Shown: positions 51,531 to 64,000 of the stretch, piece by piece | How the letters are laid out: each line of letters opens with the position of its first letter | Numbering within the stretch: the first letter of the stretch is position 1 | Assembly (NCBI RefSeq): GCF_006345805.1 | Contig: NC_042998.1 | Span: forward strand, 78,740,001 to 78,804,000 | DNA: 64,000 bases | Direction of reading: 5' to 3' | DNA from: Octopus sinensis | Taxonomy: Eukaryota | The notes under the pieces: model-generated | Databases searched by the model: none | Seen by the model: only the letters and a program-made list of their open reading frames with translations | What the model was told of the DNA's origin: nothing | Translations under genes and position numbers: made by a program

Positions 51531-53173
51531 GTATTACTTACAACATTCACATGTGTTTTTCCTTTCCTATGATTTCCTTTTGAATTATCTTGTATGTTTA
51601 GATATTATGTATAGAAGAAATTAAATAAATGACAAGGGAATAAGAAATTATCTCATGAACTTCATTAGCTTATAGCTGTATGTAGATTTCTAACACCAGA
51701 TTATTATGCCTAAGTGAAATAATAAGATATATTATATCGATACATGTGTGTGTGTGCGTGCATGCGTGTTTATGCATCATTTAATATACACAGTAACTTA
51801 AGTACAAGCTTCTATTAGTTTAATGCTGTGAAAACCCAATAAACAGGCAAATTTATTGTTTTCTCAGCATGAAACTAATAGTAGCTTGTATTCAAGTTAC
51901 CATGTCTATTAAATGGTATTTATCTCTCATAGATAATTGTTTTTTTTTTTTTTTTTTAATTTTCCCAATAATGAAACAGTAAACTGTGTGTGTGTTTGTG
52001 TATGTGTGTGTCTCACTGTCTGTTACCGTGACTTTTTGTGATAGCTGTAAACAAATATCATAGTCAAAGGAATGGTGTTCTTTGTTTACAGTCTTCTGTG
52101 AAAACTGGTTTGGTTATGGAGAAATGTTATCTTACTTGGAAACAGCTGAGAGTTGGTAACCGAAAGAGCATTGGACTGCAGAAACTCTGTCCAACCCATG
52201 CAAGAATGGAAAAGTAGATGTTAAATGATGATACACACACACATATATATATGTAGGTACAGGTGTGGCTGTGTGGTAAGAAGTTTGCTTCCCAACCACG
52301 TGGTTCTGGGTTCAGTCCCACTGCTTGGCAAATGGGCAAACGTCTTCTACTATAGCCTCAGGCTGACCAAAGCCTTGTGAGTGGATTTGGTAGACGGAAA
52401 CTGAAAGAAGCCCATCATGTGTGTGTTGATGTTTGTCCCTCTCCCATCATTGCTTGACAACTGGTATTGGTGTGTTTACATCCCTGTATCATAGCAGCTA
52501 ATTCCATGTTGCTGGTTTGATCAAAATATAAATGCATAAATGATTGCAACAATAACAAAACACTAAAAGTGCATGCATCTTTGTGAGAGTATGCAATGTT
52601 ATTCTTGTGATTTTATTGCAGTGGCTGTATTTGATTTCTTAATTTTGCTTCAACAGAGCTATGTTTGGTATATTAGGCACAGTCTAAATGTTGCTTTCTG
52701 ATTTATGAAAATATTATTTGATGCAGACAACAGGTTTTGATTCATCAGTAGAGACACTTAGGTCATTGACATCTGTTGAATGAACTAACAACCAGCAACT
52801 AGAAATGCAGGTCATTGACTGCTGCAGAAGGAACTAAGAACCAAGCAGCAACTATTTTGATCTTCTAGCATATTAACTTACTGGTTCACTTCTCTTGATC
52901 AGATTTCACACACATGTATATATTTGTGTGAGTGTGTATGTAAATACACGCAGGCGCATATATGTACACACACATATGTGTATGTATGTTCATGAATATA
53001 TACACTCATGCACACACACACGCACACACACACACACAATAGATGCCTTACACAACATTGCTTTTTCCATTATGTAAAATGTGAATTTTTTTAATTCCTC
53101 TTTTGTTACCTTACTTTGGATTGAGTCTATACCTCGTCTACAGCTTTTTAACACTATGTATATAAGTCAATAC

Positions 53174-53213
<40 letters not shown>

Positions 53214-53669
53214 GTGGCAAATTTCAAATTAGCTATGGAGAACAGCATTTTTAGTTTTTGCTTTTGTAATGCAAAGAAAGCCATGTATCTTGCTCAGGTG
53301 TATTGCATTATAGTTACATGCAATAAAACACGTGATAGCTATTGTCTATGTACATATGTATACATATACAAATTATTTATCTATGTGTTCTGAGTTCAAA
53401 TTCCACTAAGGTTATTTTATTAATTTTTGCCATTCTTTTGGGCTGATAAAGTATTAGTCCAAAATGTTGGGTTGGTGGAATTGGTAGAGCATTTGATAGG
53501 ATGCTTTGCAGTATTTGTTGCAGTGATTTGCATTCTAAAGGAAAGACCTGCAGTAAAACTTTCCCTTCAATCAACTGTGGACCCTGGTCTTACCAGTTTC
53601 TGCCAAAGGACCCAATCTATGCTAACATGGAAAACAGATATTAAATGATAATATATATGTATATATATA

Positions 53670-54048
53670 TTCTTTTATTCTTTAACTCATTTCAGTCATT
53701 TGGTTGCAGCCATGCTGGAGCACTGCCATTAGTCAATTAAATTGACCCCAGAACTTATTCTTTGTAAGCCTAGTACTTATCCCATCAGTTTCTTTTGTCA
53801 AACTGCTAAGTTACAGGGACATAAACCCACCAACATTGGTTGTCAAGCAATGGTGGAGGGATAAACACACACTAACATATACATAAATATATACACGATG
53901 GACTTCTTTCAGTTTCCATCTACCAAATCCACTCTTTGGTTGACCTGAGGCAATAGTAGAAGGCTTTTGCCCAAGGTGCCATGCAGTAGGACTGAACTCA
54001 GAGCCATGTGGTTGGGAAGCAAGCTTCTTAGCACACAGCCATGCCGGC
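53670..54048 (-). mobile_element. tRNA-derived SINE (family of 33794-34135)
   Basis: Colinear reverse-complement match from tail to head. Confidence 0.85.
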
Positions 54049-54967
54049 GACTCATTTCAACATCTTCCTTTTAATACCCACTTTTCCATGCTTGCATGGG
54101 TCATACAAAATTTGTTGATGGAGGTTTTTATATGACCTTTCCTGTTGCCAATCTTCACTTGTTTGCACGCAAGGTAATATTTCCTCTAAACTTTTGAACA
54201 TAAATAGCACAACAGCCAAATATATTTTCAAAGAAGATTATAAATGAATGACACTGCTTATATGACTGTGACATTTATTCACAATTAATATATGATGTCA
54301 AGGGAACACACACACACACACACACATATGCATGTATGTCATCATCCTTTAATGTCTGTTTTCTATGCTGGCATGGGTTGGATGGCATGACCAGAACTGA
54401 CAAGCCAGAGTACTACACTAGATTCCAGTCTTATTTAGCTTGGTTTCTACAGCTGGATGCCCTTCCTAATGCCAACCATTTTACAGTGTGTGCTGGGTGC
54501 TTTTAACGTAGCACTGTACAAGCACTCTGATGTAGTACCAGTATGAATGCTTTTTATGTGGCACCAGCACAGGATGCTTGCAGATCAGTGCTCTTCACCA
54601 GGAGGAGCAGCCTTTGCACTTGCGATCACCAGATCATGGGTTCATTTCCTGGACCTGGTGGCACTTTGTGTTCTTTAGCAAAACACTTCATTTCATATTA
54701 CTCCAGTCTCCACTTTCAATTGATAGGGGGAGGATGTTGACCTGCTTGCCTAGCCAGTGAGGTGGCATCATTCGGAAGCTTTTTAGTGAAAAATGCATTG
54801 TGACCAGTGATGTGTAGTAATATATGATAGTCTGGTTGATCACATGTGTGTATTTTATATATATATATATATGAGTAGTTGGTGTTAGCTGGCTCTTGTG
54901 AAACTGTCCCACCCATGCTAGCATGAAAGGCGGACGTTAAACAAGGATGATCATGATATATATATAT

Positions 54968-55445
54968 ATCTTATACATAAATGGCAATTTCTGTTTGTTG
55001 ATCTGTCTGTTACCATATTGCTGCCTACACCAGTGAACCAATCTTGATGAAACTTTGCATACATGTTAAACTAACATCCAGTTCAATTATAGGCTAATTG
55101 AATTTCAATAAAAATCTATAATGGCTTCCCCCTAGAGCATTAGGCTATTATTTGCAAGAGTGTGGTTGATATCAGAGCAGGTGAGAACAGCATTCTGTAA
55201 GCGACAACTATGGAGTGGCAGTGGGATGATAATGTTAATACAGCTGTCATTCACAGATATACACGCGATGCTGCATACATACTTTCATAAATGCGTAGAT
55301 ACATGCACACACACACACACATACTCAACTAAATTTTAAAATGATGAGGAAGGGAAAGAAAGGTGGGTGTGAAGAATACATAGCTTTAAGGAGAGAGTGG
55401 GTAGGTGACTTTTCTGCTGTTCATCACAAAGAAACATTCACACAC

Positions 55446-55493
<48 letters not shown>

Positions 55494-56218
55494 ACATATG
55501 TCTACTACTCACCATTTTAAACTTGTGATTACCTGTGTCTACATTTGTGTGTGTATGATGTCCTATAACTGTCTGTCTCTCTACTTTTGTAGGGTCTTCC
55601 CTGTTGCTGTCACATATTGTGAAATTTTAAAATTATGTCAAAATTTTAAAATTTGGTACATTGAAATAAATTTCCACATTAAATCCGATTTTGTTATTTA
55701 AACTTAAATGTTGGAGTGAATCGAACGGCTTTTGTGTGTTTCTTAAATGGCTTATAAACACCTTCCACGCTGCAATTGTTTGTGTTATTTATTTGTTCCA
55801 GAAAAATTGCCAATAAATGTTACTGAAGTTTAAAGTTTAATCAATTTTACCTAATCAGAAAACAGGATTTGGAAGCTGGTATTTTCTGCATGGTAGCTGC
55901 CTATCACAAAATGAAAGCAAAATCATTACAAGGAGAAATTTTATTAAACAAATGAAAGTAAAGCATTACAACAACCAAAGTTGTAAGAACTTCTGAAGTT
56001 TTAGTAAGTTTTAATAAATAAAGTCATGTGAAATGGTCAAACAGACATGTAAATAATTTAAAAAGGAAAAGAATTCTCAACTAAGTTTTTTTGCAGAAAG
56101 TTGCACAAATCTGTCCTGATCTGTTGGGGAAGGCATGATTTGACATGGAATAATCAAAAATTTATATAAGATATTCTATTGTAAAAATTGTCTGGCAACG
56201 ACCAGCTATTTGGCTAAT
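54968..56218 (+). mobile_element. Possible non-autonomous Helitron-like element
   Basis: 5' TC start with tctgtctg and accaatcttgatgaaacttt; 3' short hairpin ctggcaacgaccag, then degenerate CTRR; no TSD. Confidence 0.45.
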
Positions 56219-56425
56219 ATATACATATATATCGTCATCATTTAGCATCTGGTTTTCATGCTGGCATGGTTTAGACAGTTTGACTAGAACTGATATATAA
56301 TACTCACAAAGTCTGTGGTCTATATCAGAAGATATTTGCCCAAGATGCCATTAAGTGGAACTGAACCTAAAACTACATTGTCACAAAGGAAATTTTTTGC
56401 CATGCAACCATACTTGTACCTACAA

Positions 56426-56462
<37 letters not shown>

Positions 56463-57275
56463 AGTAATGCTCAAGTAGGATCTGGATGCTTCTCATCAAC
56501 CATATAAAAGTGTATTTGATGATTTTTTCATATCATTGGAGAAGTCATATCCACCATGAGACAGAACTAATGGCTCATCACTCTGTCCTTTCTTTCCTTG
56601 TTTGCCATTCAGTTTATTGTGATGCCAGCACTAGAGAGGTTGCCAGGTCATCAGAGAAATAGGACTAAGGGACAGCTGAACTTTATTTTAGTTCTGCTTG
56701 CTCACCAGGCTGTCCAGTGTTGCACAGTGTAGGTGTTTTCCATCATGGCATCAACATATCAGGGTTGTGCCTTGTACACTGTAAGTGTGAAGGATGTTCT
56801 ATAACCTAAGATATATACTTTCACTCTGGTTATATGATCGAAGAGAGGAATAAGGGAACTCCAGAAAGAGTGTGTGCTTGTGTTAAAAGAACATGAGTAA
56901 GGTGGTAGACACAAATTTACTGGAGTGGTGACAGGAGAAGAGTGATGACTCCAAAGGTGGTCAAAGCAAATGTAAATGATTGAAAACAAATTGATGGAAT
57001 CCAAATGAGAGTGATGGGTAACAATACAAATAGAGTAAGGTAGGATGTATCAGATGTATGCACACACACACACACACACACACTAGCTTTGAGTTGGTAT
57101 CAAATTGTGTTGAACCAATGAAAGGAGGTACTAAAGACATATGCGGAGTATGTGGTTTTATGATACTGAATGTTTATCACATGACGTGAGTTTCATGCCA
57201 CTGTAATCTTTAGATGTGAAACTCAAGCTAGAACTTCAGTTTCAATAAACTCTGTGTGTGCATGTGTGCACATGT

Positions 57276-58172
57276 ATCATCATCATCGTTTATCATCTGC
57301 TTTCTATGCTAGCATGGGTTGGACGATTTGACTGAGGGCTGGTGAACCAGATGGCTGCACCAGGCTTCAATCTTGATCTGGCAGAGTTTCTACAGCTGGA
57401 TGCCCTTCCTAACGCCAACCACTCCGAGAGTTTAGTGGGTGCTTTTATGTGTCACTGGCATGGGGCCAGTCAGGCGGTACTGACAATGACCTCGCTCAAA
57501 TCTTTTACACATGCCGCCAGCACAGGTGCCAATAAGGCGATGCTGGTAATGATCATGCTCGAATGGTGTCTTTTATGTGCCACCGGCACAGAAGCCAGAT
57601 CGCCGCTCTGGCAACAATCATGTTCAGATGGTGCTCTTAATACCCTACTAGCATGGAGCTCGAGTGCCAGTAGTGCGACACTGGTAATGATCACACTCGA
57701 ATGGTGCCTTTTATGTGCCACTGGCAGGGAATATATATATGTGTGTGTGTGTGTGTGAATGCATACAGGCATATATATGCATTTTATGTGCCAGTGGCAC
57801 GTAAAAAGCACCATTTGAGCATGATCGTTACCAGCGACGCCTTACCGGCACTTGTGCAGGTCGCACGTGAACAAAACGTTCAAGCGAGGTCGTTGCCAGT
57901 GCTGCTGAACTGACTCCTGTGCAGGTGGCAAGTAAAAAACACCATTTGAGCGTGGCTGTTGCCAGTACTGCCATACTGGCCCTCGTGCCGGTGGCATGTA
58001 AAAGCACCCACTACACTCTCGAAGTGGTTGGTGTTTGGAACGGCATCCAGCTGTAGAAACTCTGCCAGATCAGGTTGGAACCTGGTGCAGCCATCTGGTT
58101 CGCTAGTCCTCAGTCAAATCGTTCAACGCATGTTAGCATGGATATCGAACGTTAAATGATGATGATGATGAT
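57276..58172. mobile_element. Two RTE 3' ends in divergent orientation forming a ~900-bp imperfect palindrome
   Basis: Minus copy 57276-57728, TA/TG spacer, plus copy 57786-58172; (CAT)n and (GAT)n tails face outward. Confidence 0.88.
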
Positions 58173-59204
58173 GTATATATATCTATATGTATGTGTGTGT
58201 ATATGCTTGTATACACACTAACACACACACACACATGTATGCATGTTTGTATGTGTAAACACATATACTCACACGCACATGTATGTGTATACAAACATGT
58301 ATGTTTAGATACATGCACATACAGAAACACTTATGCACACATGTATGTATACACATAGGTGGGAATATGTGTGTGAGTGTGCACCCACCCACCCACACTC
58401 ACATTTGCATATATAGAAATATGTATTTGTATAATGGGATGCTTTTATGCAATCAGCTGTTGTTGATACCCCCCACCCTTTCAACCATTGAAATGTTTAA
58501 CTTTGTTTACTTACTCTTTCAAATACTTAACCTAATACTTTTCTTTATCTCTGTAATCGCACACACACACACACACACACACACCACACACACACACACA
58601 TCCACACTCATTTGACTATGTATGGGTGTGCATATTTTTTTGTTAGGCTGTATGTATTCCGTGTCTAAGTCTGTATGTATGTGATGCATGTGTGTAAGTA
58701 AGTATACTTGTCAGATATTTACGTTTTTAGCTGGCACACCTTTTGGTATGAATTTATCTCTATGTCTCTATCCTTTCTGTTTATCTGTCTTTATTTTTCT
58801 ATTTGTGTTTGTTTTATTTATCTTTTCCTCTATCATGTTACCTATAAGTTTATGCATTTTAGTAATGCATTCAACTATCAGTCTAGCTATTTAGTTTCAT
58901 CTCAGTCTGCCTGCATAATGTCTGCTTGTTATTACTTTTTAGCCTAAGGTCAGTTTTGATGGAGCAGACTTATGATCAGAGGTGTTTGTTCCAACTACAA
59001 CTATTTTGTCTTTTTATATATCATAGAATTCATTGACCTTTTATGTCACTCTGTATATATTTTCATTATGTTTCACTTGGTTATTATTTTGTTAATTGTG
59101 CCCTTGTTTATTAAAGACTGTAAGGGCAGAACTTGAGGGAGATTTACCTACAGTCATATTTCATATCTCAATACTTTTCTTAAATTTCTTTAATCTAAAA
59201 GTGA

Positions 59205-59480
59205 AGATGCATGACATAGTGATTAGATTGTAAGGTGACGAGATCAATTCCCACTGGTGTATTATGTCTTTGAGCAAGACACTTTATTCCACATTGCTCC
59301 ACTCCACTCAGCTGGCAAAAATGAGTAGTACCTCTTTTTCAAAGGGTCGGCCTTGTTACATTCTGTGTAATACTGAATCTCCCGGAAAACTATGTTAAGC
59401 ATATGAGTCAGCCACTTGCACATTAATTTCACAGATCAAATCAAATAGAACCCTTATCATAACCAACAGAATGACAGTTT
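59205..59480 (+). mobile_element. Decayed tRNA-derived SINE
   Basis: ttgagcaagacactttattccacattgctccactccactcagctggcaaaaatgagt core shared with 20333-20670. Confidence 0.7.
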
Positions 59481-60924
59481 TTTTTTTTTAGGGTATTACT
59501 TGAGGGAGATTTACCTGCTATTGTATTTTATATCTCAATACTTTTTTTAAACTTTATTTAATCTAAAAGTAACAAAAATGAAAAATCACAACTACCTAAA
59601 GGTTGTGCCCCAGAATTATTGCTGTTTAGAAACTGAAGTCAGTAAAATTACAGAACTAAGGAATACTTGGAGGACATAAGTAATGGACAAGCAAAATGAT
59701 ATTGCATTTTCTTTTCTTATCTGTATATCATATCTTGCGACTGCTTTTCCCATTTCGTCACTTCGCATATTTTGTGTTGTTAAATCATGCTTTTCTGAAC
59801 TCTAGTGACATGAATTTATCCTTGATTTAGTTAGTAATACATAGCTTAAACCCACAAATGCTAATACTATCATTTCAGTCAATAAGTATTGATATTGAGG
59901 CTATGTAACCATAATCAGATATAAATAGAAAACAGATAAACAAACAAGACAATGTCCTTTACGAATGAGTGTAATAAGTAAAGTTATAAATATATTTATG
60001 TATTTCTACATCGCTAAAATTTGGAACAAAAATCTGAGCTACTTTGTGGTTGCTTGACTTGCTAGAAATTCAACCAAGTCATTAAATCTTAAAAGATAAG
60101 AGTCTTAAAAATTAATGAATGCATTGCACAATATAGTCCCTGACAAAGAAAACAAAAAAGAACGAAATATAATCTTAGCCGCAATGACTTTGAACTTAGT
60201 TAGGTCTGCTTCAGAAATGACCTGGGGATGAACAACAACAACAACAACAACAACAATTAGCACTAATTAAATATTCATTTTGTTGCTTCCCCACCCAACT
60301 TTATTCTTTTTTTTTTTTTTTCCTCCTTGGGAATATAGATTAGCTGGTAATATATGTTGGTTCACAGACCAATCTCAGACTGAAAGGTTTTAAGAAGTCT
60401 TTAAAAGAAATTATTTAATTTAAATTATTGGTGTTGCTAACATTTTACTAAGTTGTGGTAATCAGCCACAAAAACGTGATTTTAATGTCTGATAAATATA
60501 TTGTGTTAATTAAACAGATTTATTTATTTCCCCTATAGCTCTCCCTCTTTCATTCTCACTTTCTCTCTAGGAATGCTTTTGATCTTCCCCCCCCTTTTCT
60601 CTCTCTCTCTCTCTTTGTTTGTTTGTTTCTTTCTTTCTTTCTTTAATAGAATCTGTTTTGTTTTCATTTTCTTTATATTTTCTTGTTTGCTATAGTTCAG
60701 GCTGCTTTGAGCATCTTATTTAATATTGTTAATGCACGAAAATGTTTATGTATTTACATACACATGCATATCTCTTTATATATGTATGTGTGTGTAGATG
60801 TATATTATAGGCATAGATGTGGGGTTCAGAGGTTCTCTTAGCAGCCACATGCCACCATGTTCAACCAATCGATGCCTTGTTAGTGTATTTGGTAGACAGA
60901 AACTGTAGAAGCTCCTTATTTATA

Positions 60925-60969
<45 letters not shown>

Positions 60970-61001
60970 GTATATATATATGTATATATATATATATGTA
61001 T

Positions 61002-61033
<32 letters not shown>

Positions 61034-61227
61034 GCATATATATATATACATATATATATGTATATATATGTATGTATGTATATATATATATATGTGTGTA
61101 AATATATATATATGTATGTATGTATATATATATATACAGAGAGAATGCACAGGCATTGCACGATAACAACATTGATTAAGTTTCATGCAATGGCCATACT
61201 CGATAACGAGGGGGCAGCCACCATATA

Positions 61228-61872
61228 CATCATCATCATCATCGTTTAACGTCCATTCTCCATGCTAGCGTGGTTTGGACGGTTCGACCGGGGATCTGGG
61301 AAGCCAGAAGGCTGCACCAGGCTCTAGTCTTATCTGGCAATGTTTCTACAGCTGGATGCCCTTCCTAACGCCAACCACTCCGTGAGTGTACCACATGTGT
61401 ATATATATATATATATATATACATGCATATGTATATATATACATGCATATGTATATATATACATGCATACATATATATATACATATATATATACATATAT
61501 ATATGTATATGCATATATATATATACATATACATATATATACACATATATACATATACCCGCATATATATACATATATCCATATCCATATATATACATAT
61601 ATCCATATATACATACATGCCAGTGACATGTAAAAAGCACCATTCAAGTGTGAGCGATGCTAGTGCTGCTTAATCAGCTCCCATGCCACTGGCACAGAAA
61701 GAGCACCCACTACATTCTCGAAGTGGTTGGCGTTAGGAAGGGCATCTAGCTGTAGAAACCATGCCAGATCAGATTGGAGGCTGATGCAGCCTCCTGGCTT
61801 GCCAGTCTTCAGTCAAACCGTCCAACCCATGTCAGAATGGAGAGTGGACATTAAATGATGATTTTGATGATG
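61228..61872. mobile_element. Second divergent pair of RTE 3' ends around a TA-rich microsatellite
   Basis: Minus copy 61228-61391, ~225-bp microsatellite, plus copy 61617-61872. Confidence 0.85.
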
Positions 61873-63863
61873 TATATATATAGTCAGTATTTTAATGATG
61901 TGATTTGTTTAAGTCATACATTCAGCTTATGACCAATCGTATCAGCTTTTTGCAATCACTTTTTTAATGTCCAATGAGCTGAGATTTGACCTCTCTATTT
62001 CTTCTTAGTTATTCCTCATTCTGAAACATTCACAGCAGTTTCCTTGAAGAAGATTTTACATTTCTGTTCTCTGAATACTCATTGTCTTGTATCTATTCTA
62101 TGTCCATATGAGTTCAGTCACCTTTAACAACCAGGTCACTTGTTCTGCCTTTCATGCTGGTCATCATTACAGAATGCAATCTGATCATCTGGATATGTTG
62201 CATTTCCACAACTCTGTAATCTGTTCCTGTACACTTGTTGGATCTAGTGGTGGCCACTGAATGAGTTGCTATAGTGGATTCAGCCAGATGATAATACATA
62301 TCCCTGGTGATTATCCAACTCTAAAATATAACTCACTGTTATAGCATTCTTGTTTTGCTTCTACTGTTGTCGATAATGATATGGCTCTAAAGAGAATGAT
62401 GGTGATGATAATGATATCCATTGACCTGAATACTAGCAACAGGTGTGCAAAGTAAACCAATAACCATTATGTAAACGTGTGTGTGTGTCTGTCAGATTGT
62501 ACATAATACAGTATTTGCATGTTTGTTTGTGTGTCTGTCTACATCTGCATCTCTTTTTATGTGTTGACCTCTTTCTGACAATCTGACTTCTGTCTGTGCC
62601 TTTTGATTTTTTCACTCATCTTTCTTCTCTCTCTATGAAATGGCCTACATTTTGATATCTGTCTGTCAATCTATCGCTCTTCACCCACATGCATCTTCGT
62701 ATAGATCATTATTCATTATGTTTTTGTTCTTTATTCATTAATTTTTTTCTGTTTGTCTGATTTTCTGTCGAAACCAAAGACTATAGATTATTTGGCTGAG
62801 TTACAAAAGACAATCCAAATAATAATGATAATAGTAACAATTTTAAGATACATATATGAGAGTGTGAGAGAGAGAGAACTGAACCTAGGCTGTAAAAAGT
62901 TTATTTAATCTAAGCAAGATATTTAATTACTAAGACTAGACAATTATTCAACAGTCATACCATAAATTCATACTTTATACTTAGTCCCAAATACACTGCA
63001 TTTAGAAAATATAGAATATTTACTTCAAATTACCTCGTAAGAAATTCAGATGTTTCAGTAATTTTTACCTTGTTGACTACTCTTAAACTAAGAACAGTTA
63101 TTTGTTTAGACACAAGGACATCATGAGTGATTGGAACATAAATTGTCTAGAACAGACTGAGGAAAGAAATTGTTACTTTATATATCACTAAGAAATAACT
63201 GTCTTAGAAAGAGAGTGACAAATATCTTCAGAGTGCTCTCCTAAGGAATTTATTGTTAATAAAACTTCTGGTGTAGCATCACCATACTTACTTGTTCTTC
63301 GTATCAGCGTTGGCTGGTACACCATTTTTATTAATGTGTTTTAGGAATACAACCATGTTTATGATAAACTTATATATAAAGTTACTCAGCATCAAAATGT
63401 TGTTGCTATTTATTGGCAATAGTTAAGTTACTTCTTGAATTCAAATAAAAATAAGGGATCATAAAAGGTATTTAACATAATAATACTTTTGAAGTTGACA
63501 TATTCAAAATAAATTGATAAATAAGTGAATATTGCAAAGTGTTATGTTTATGCAGCTGGTGATAAGGATATCATTTTTATGTTGCTGATGGTAATACAGA
63601 TGGTATTTTGTTTCCTTGTATCATTAAGATCCAAGTCAGTTATACTGCAATGGGTTTTTTCATGACATAACCATATAAAGTGTTTTAAATCGTAGCTTCA
63701 GAAAATTTACATCTTATGGTGGATTCTCCATGTATGGTGTAATCTGAGCATAGAATAAAGTCTTGCCTGTTTTTGCATCAAGGATGCCTTGTTGGTTTTG
63801 ATAAATGAGCATTCTTGTTATCCGTCTTGATGGAATTACATACTCGTTAAATTTGTTGTGAAC

Positions 63864-63923
63864 ATGGATAAGTATTTAACCACTACAGGTTCACTTAATA
63901 CAATCCTCAGACAGTATGATATG
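63864..63923 (+). CDS. Candidate alternative first exon MDKYLTTTGSLNTILRQYDM (phase 0)
   Basis: aacATGg start context, 60 nt stop-free to donor ATG|GTATGT, in a long repeat-free region. Confidence 0.4.
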
Positions 63924-64000
63924 GTATGTAACAAAATCCTCTTTTGAATTTCAGCTAGAGTTTGTCCAATAAGCTTCCACACTTTTTATCTACTTAGTTT

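Noticed and set aside
57450-58010. CRISPR-like array of regularly spaced palindromic repeats
   Set aside because: Whole 66-bp units are homologous (no unique spacers), the context is a eukaryotic LINE 3' UTR and there are no cas genes
60817-61673. Many overlapping ORFs rich in YI/HT/CV
   Set aside because: Translations of (TA)n/(CA)n microsatellites; the same applies at 11429, 35263, 36523, 37445 and 45176
61950-62370. Minus-strand host coding exon (ORF 62114..62299)
   Set aside because: No splice signals, stops in adjacent sequence; faint resemblance to a decayed LINE endonuclease end, too weak to call

Overview
AT-rich, microsatellite-laden eukaryotic DNA. The SINE/LINE repertoire points to an octopod cephalopod (Octopus). 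There is no intact long ORF; nearly all listed six-frame ORFs come from microsatellites or decayed transposons. The window reads as intronic sequence of a large, unidentified + strand gene. Splice signals support a 44-nt exon (8681-8724), a 10-nt microexon (7523-7532) and a 9-nt microexon (29918-29926). Several ATG-initiated segments end at phase-0 donors (24134-24154, 34842-34949 with a hydrophobic anchor, 46198-46236, 63864-63923), which may be an array of alternative first exons. The rest is TE debris: an RTE-clade LINE (PHD-like insert in the RT, 66-bp double-hairpin array in the 3' UTR, outward-facing palindromic pairs), CR1-like and Penelope remnants, four hammerhead-ribozyme-like motifs, several tRNA-derived SINE families, and piggyBac-like, hAT-like and Helitron-like non-autonomous elements. 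All calls are by eye; TE boundaries are approximate and not every SINE or LINE-tail copy is listed.
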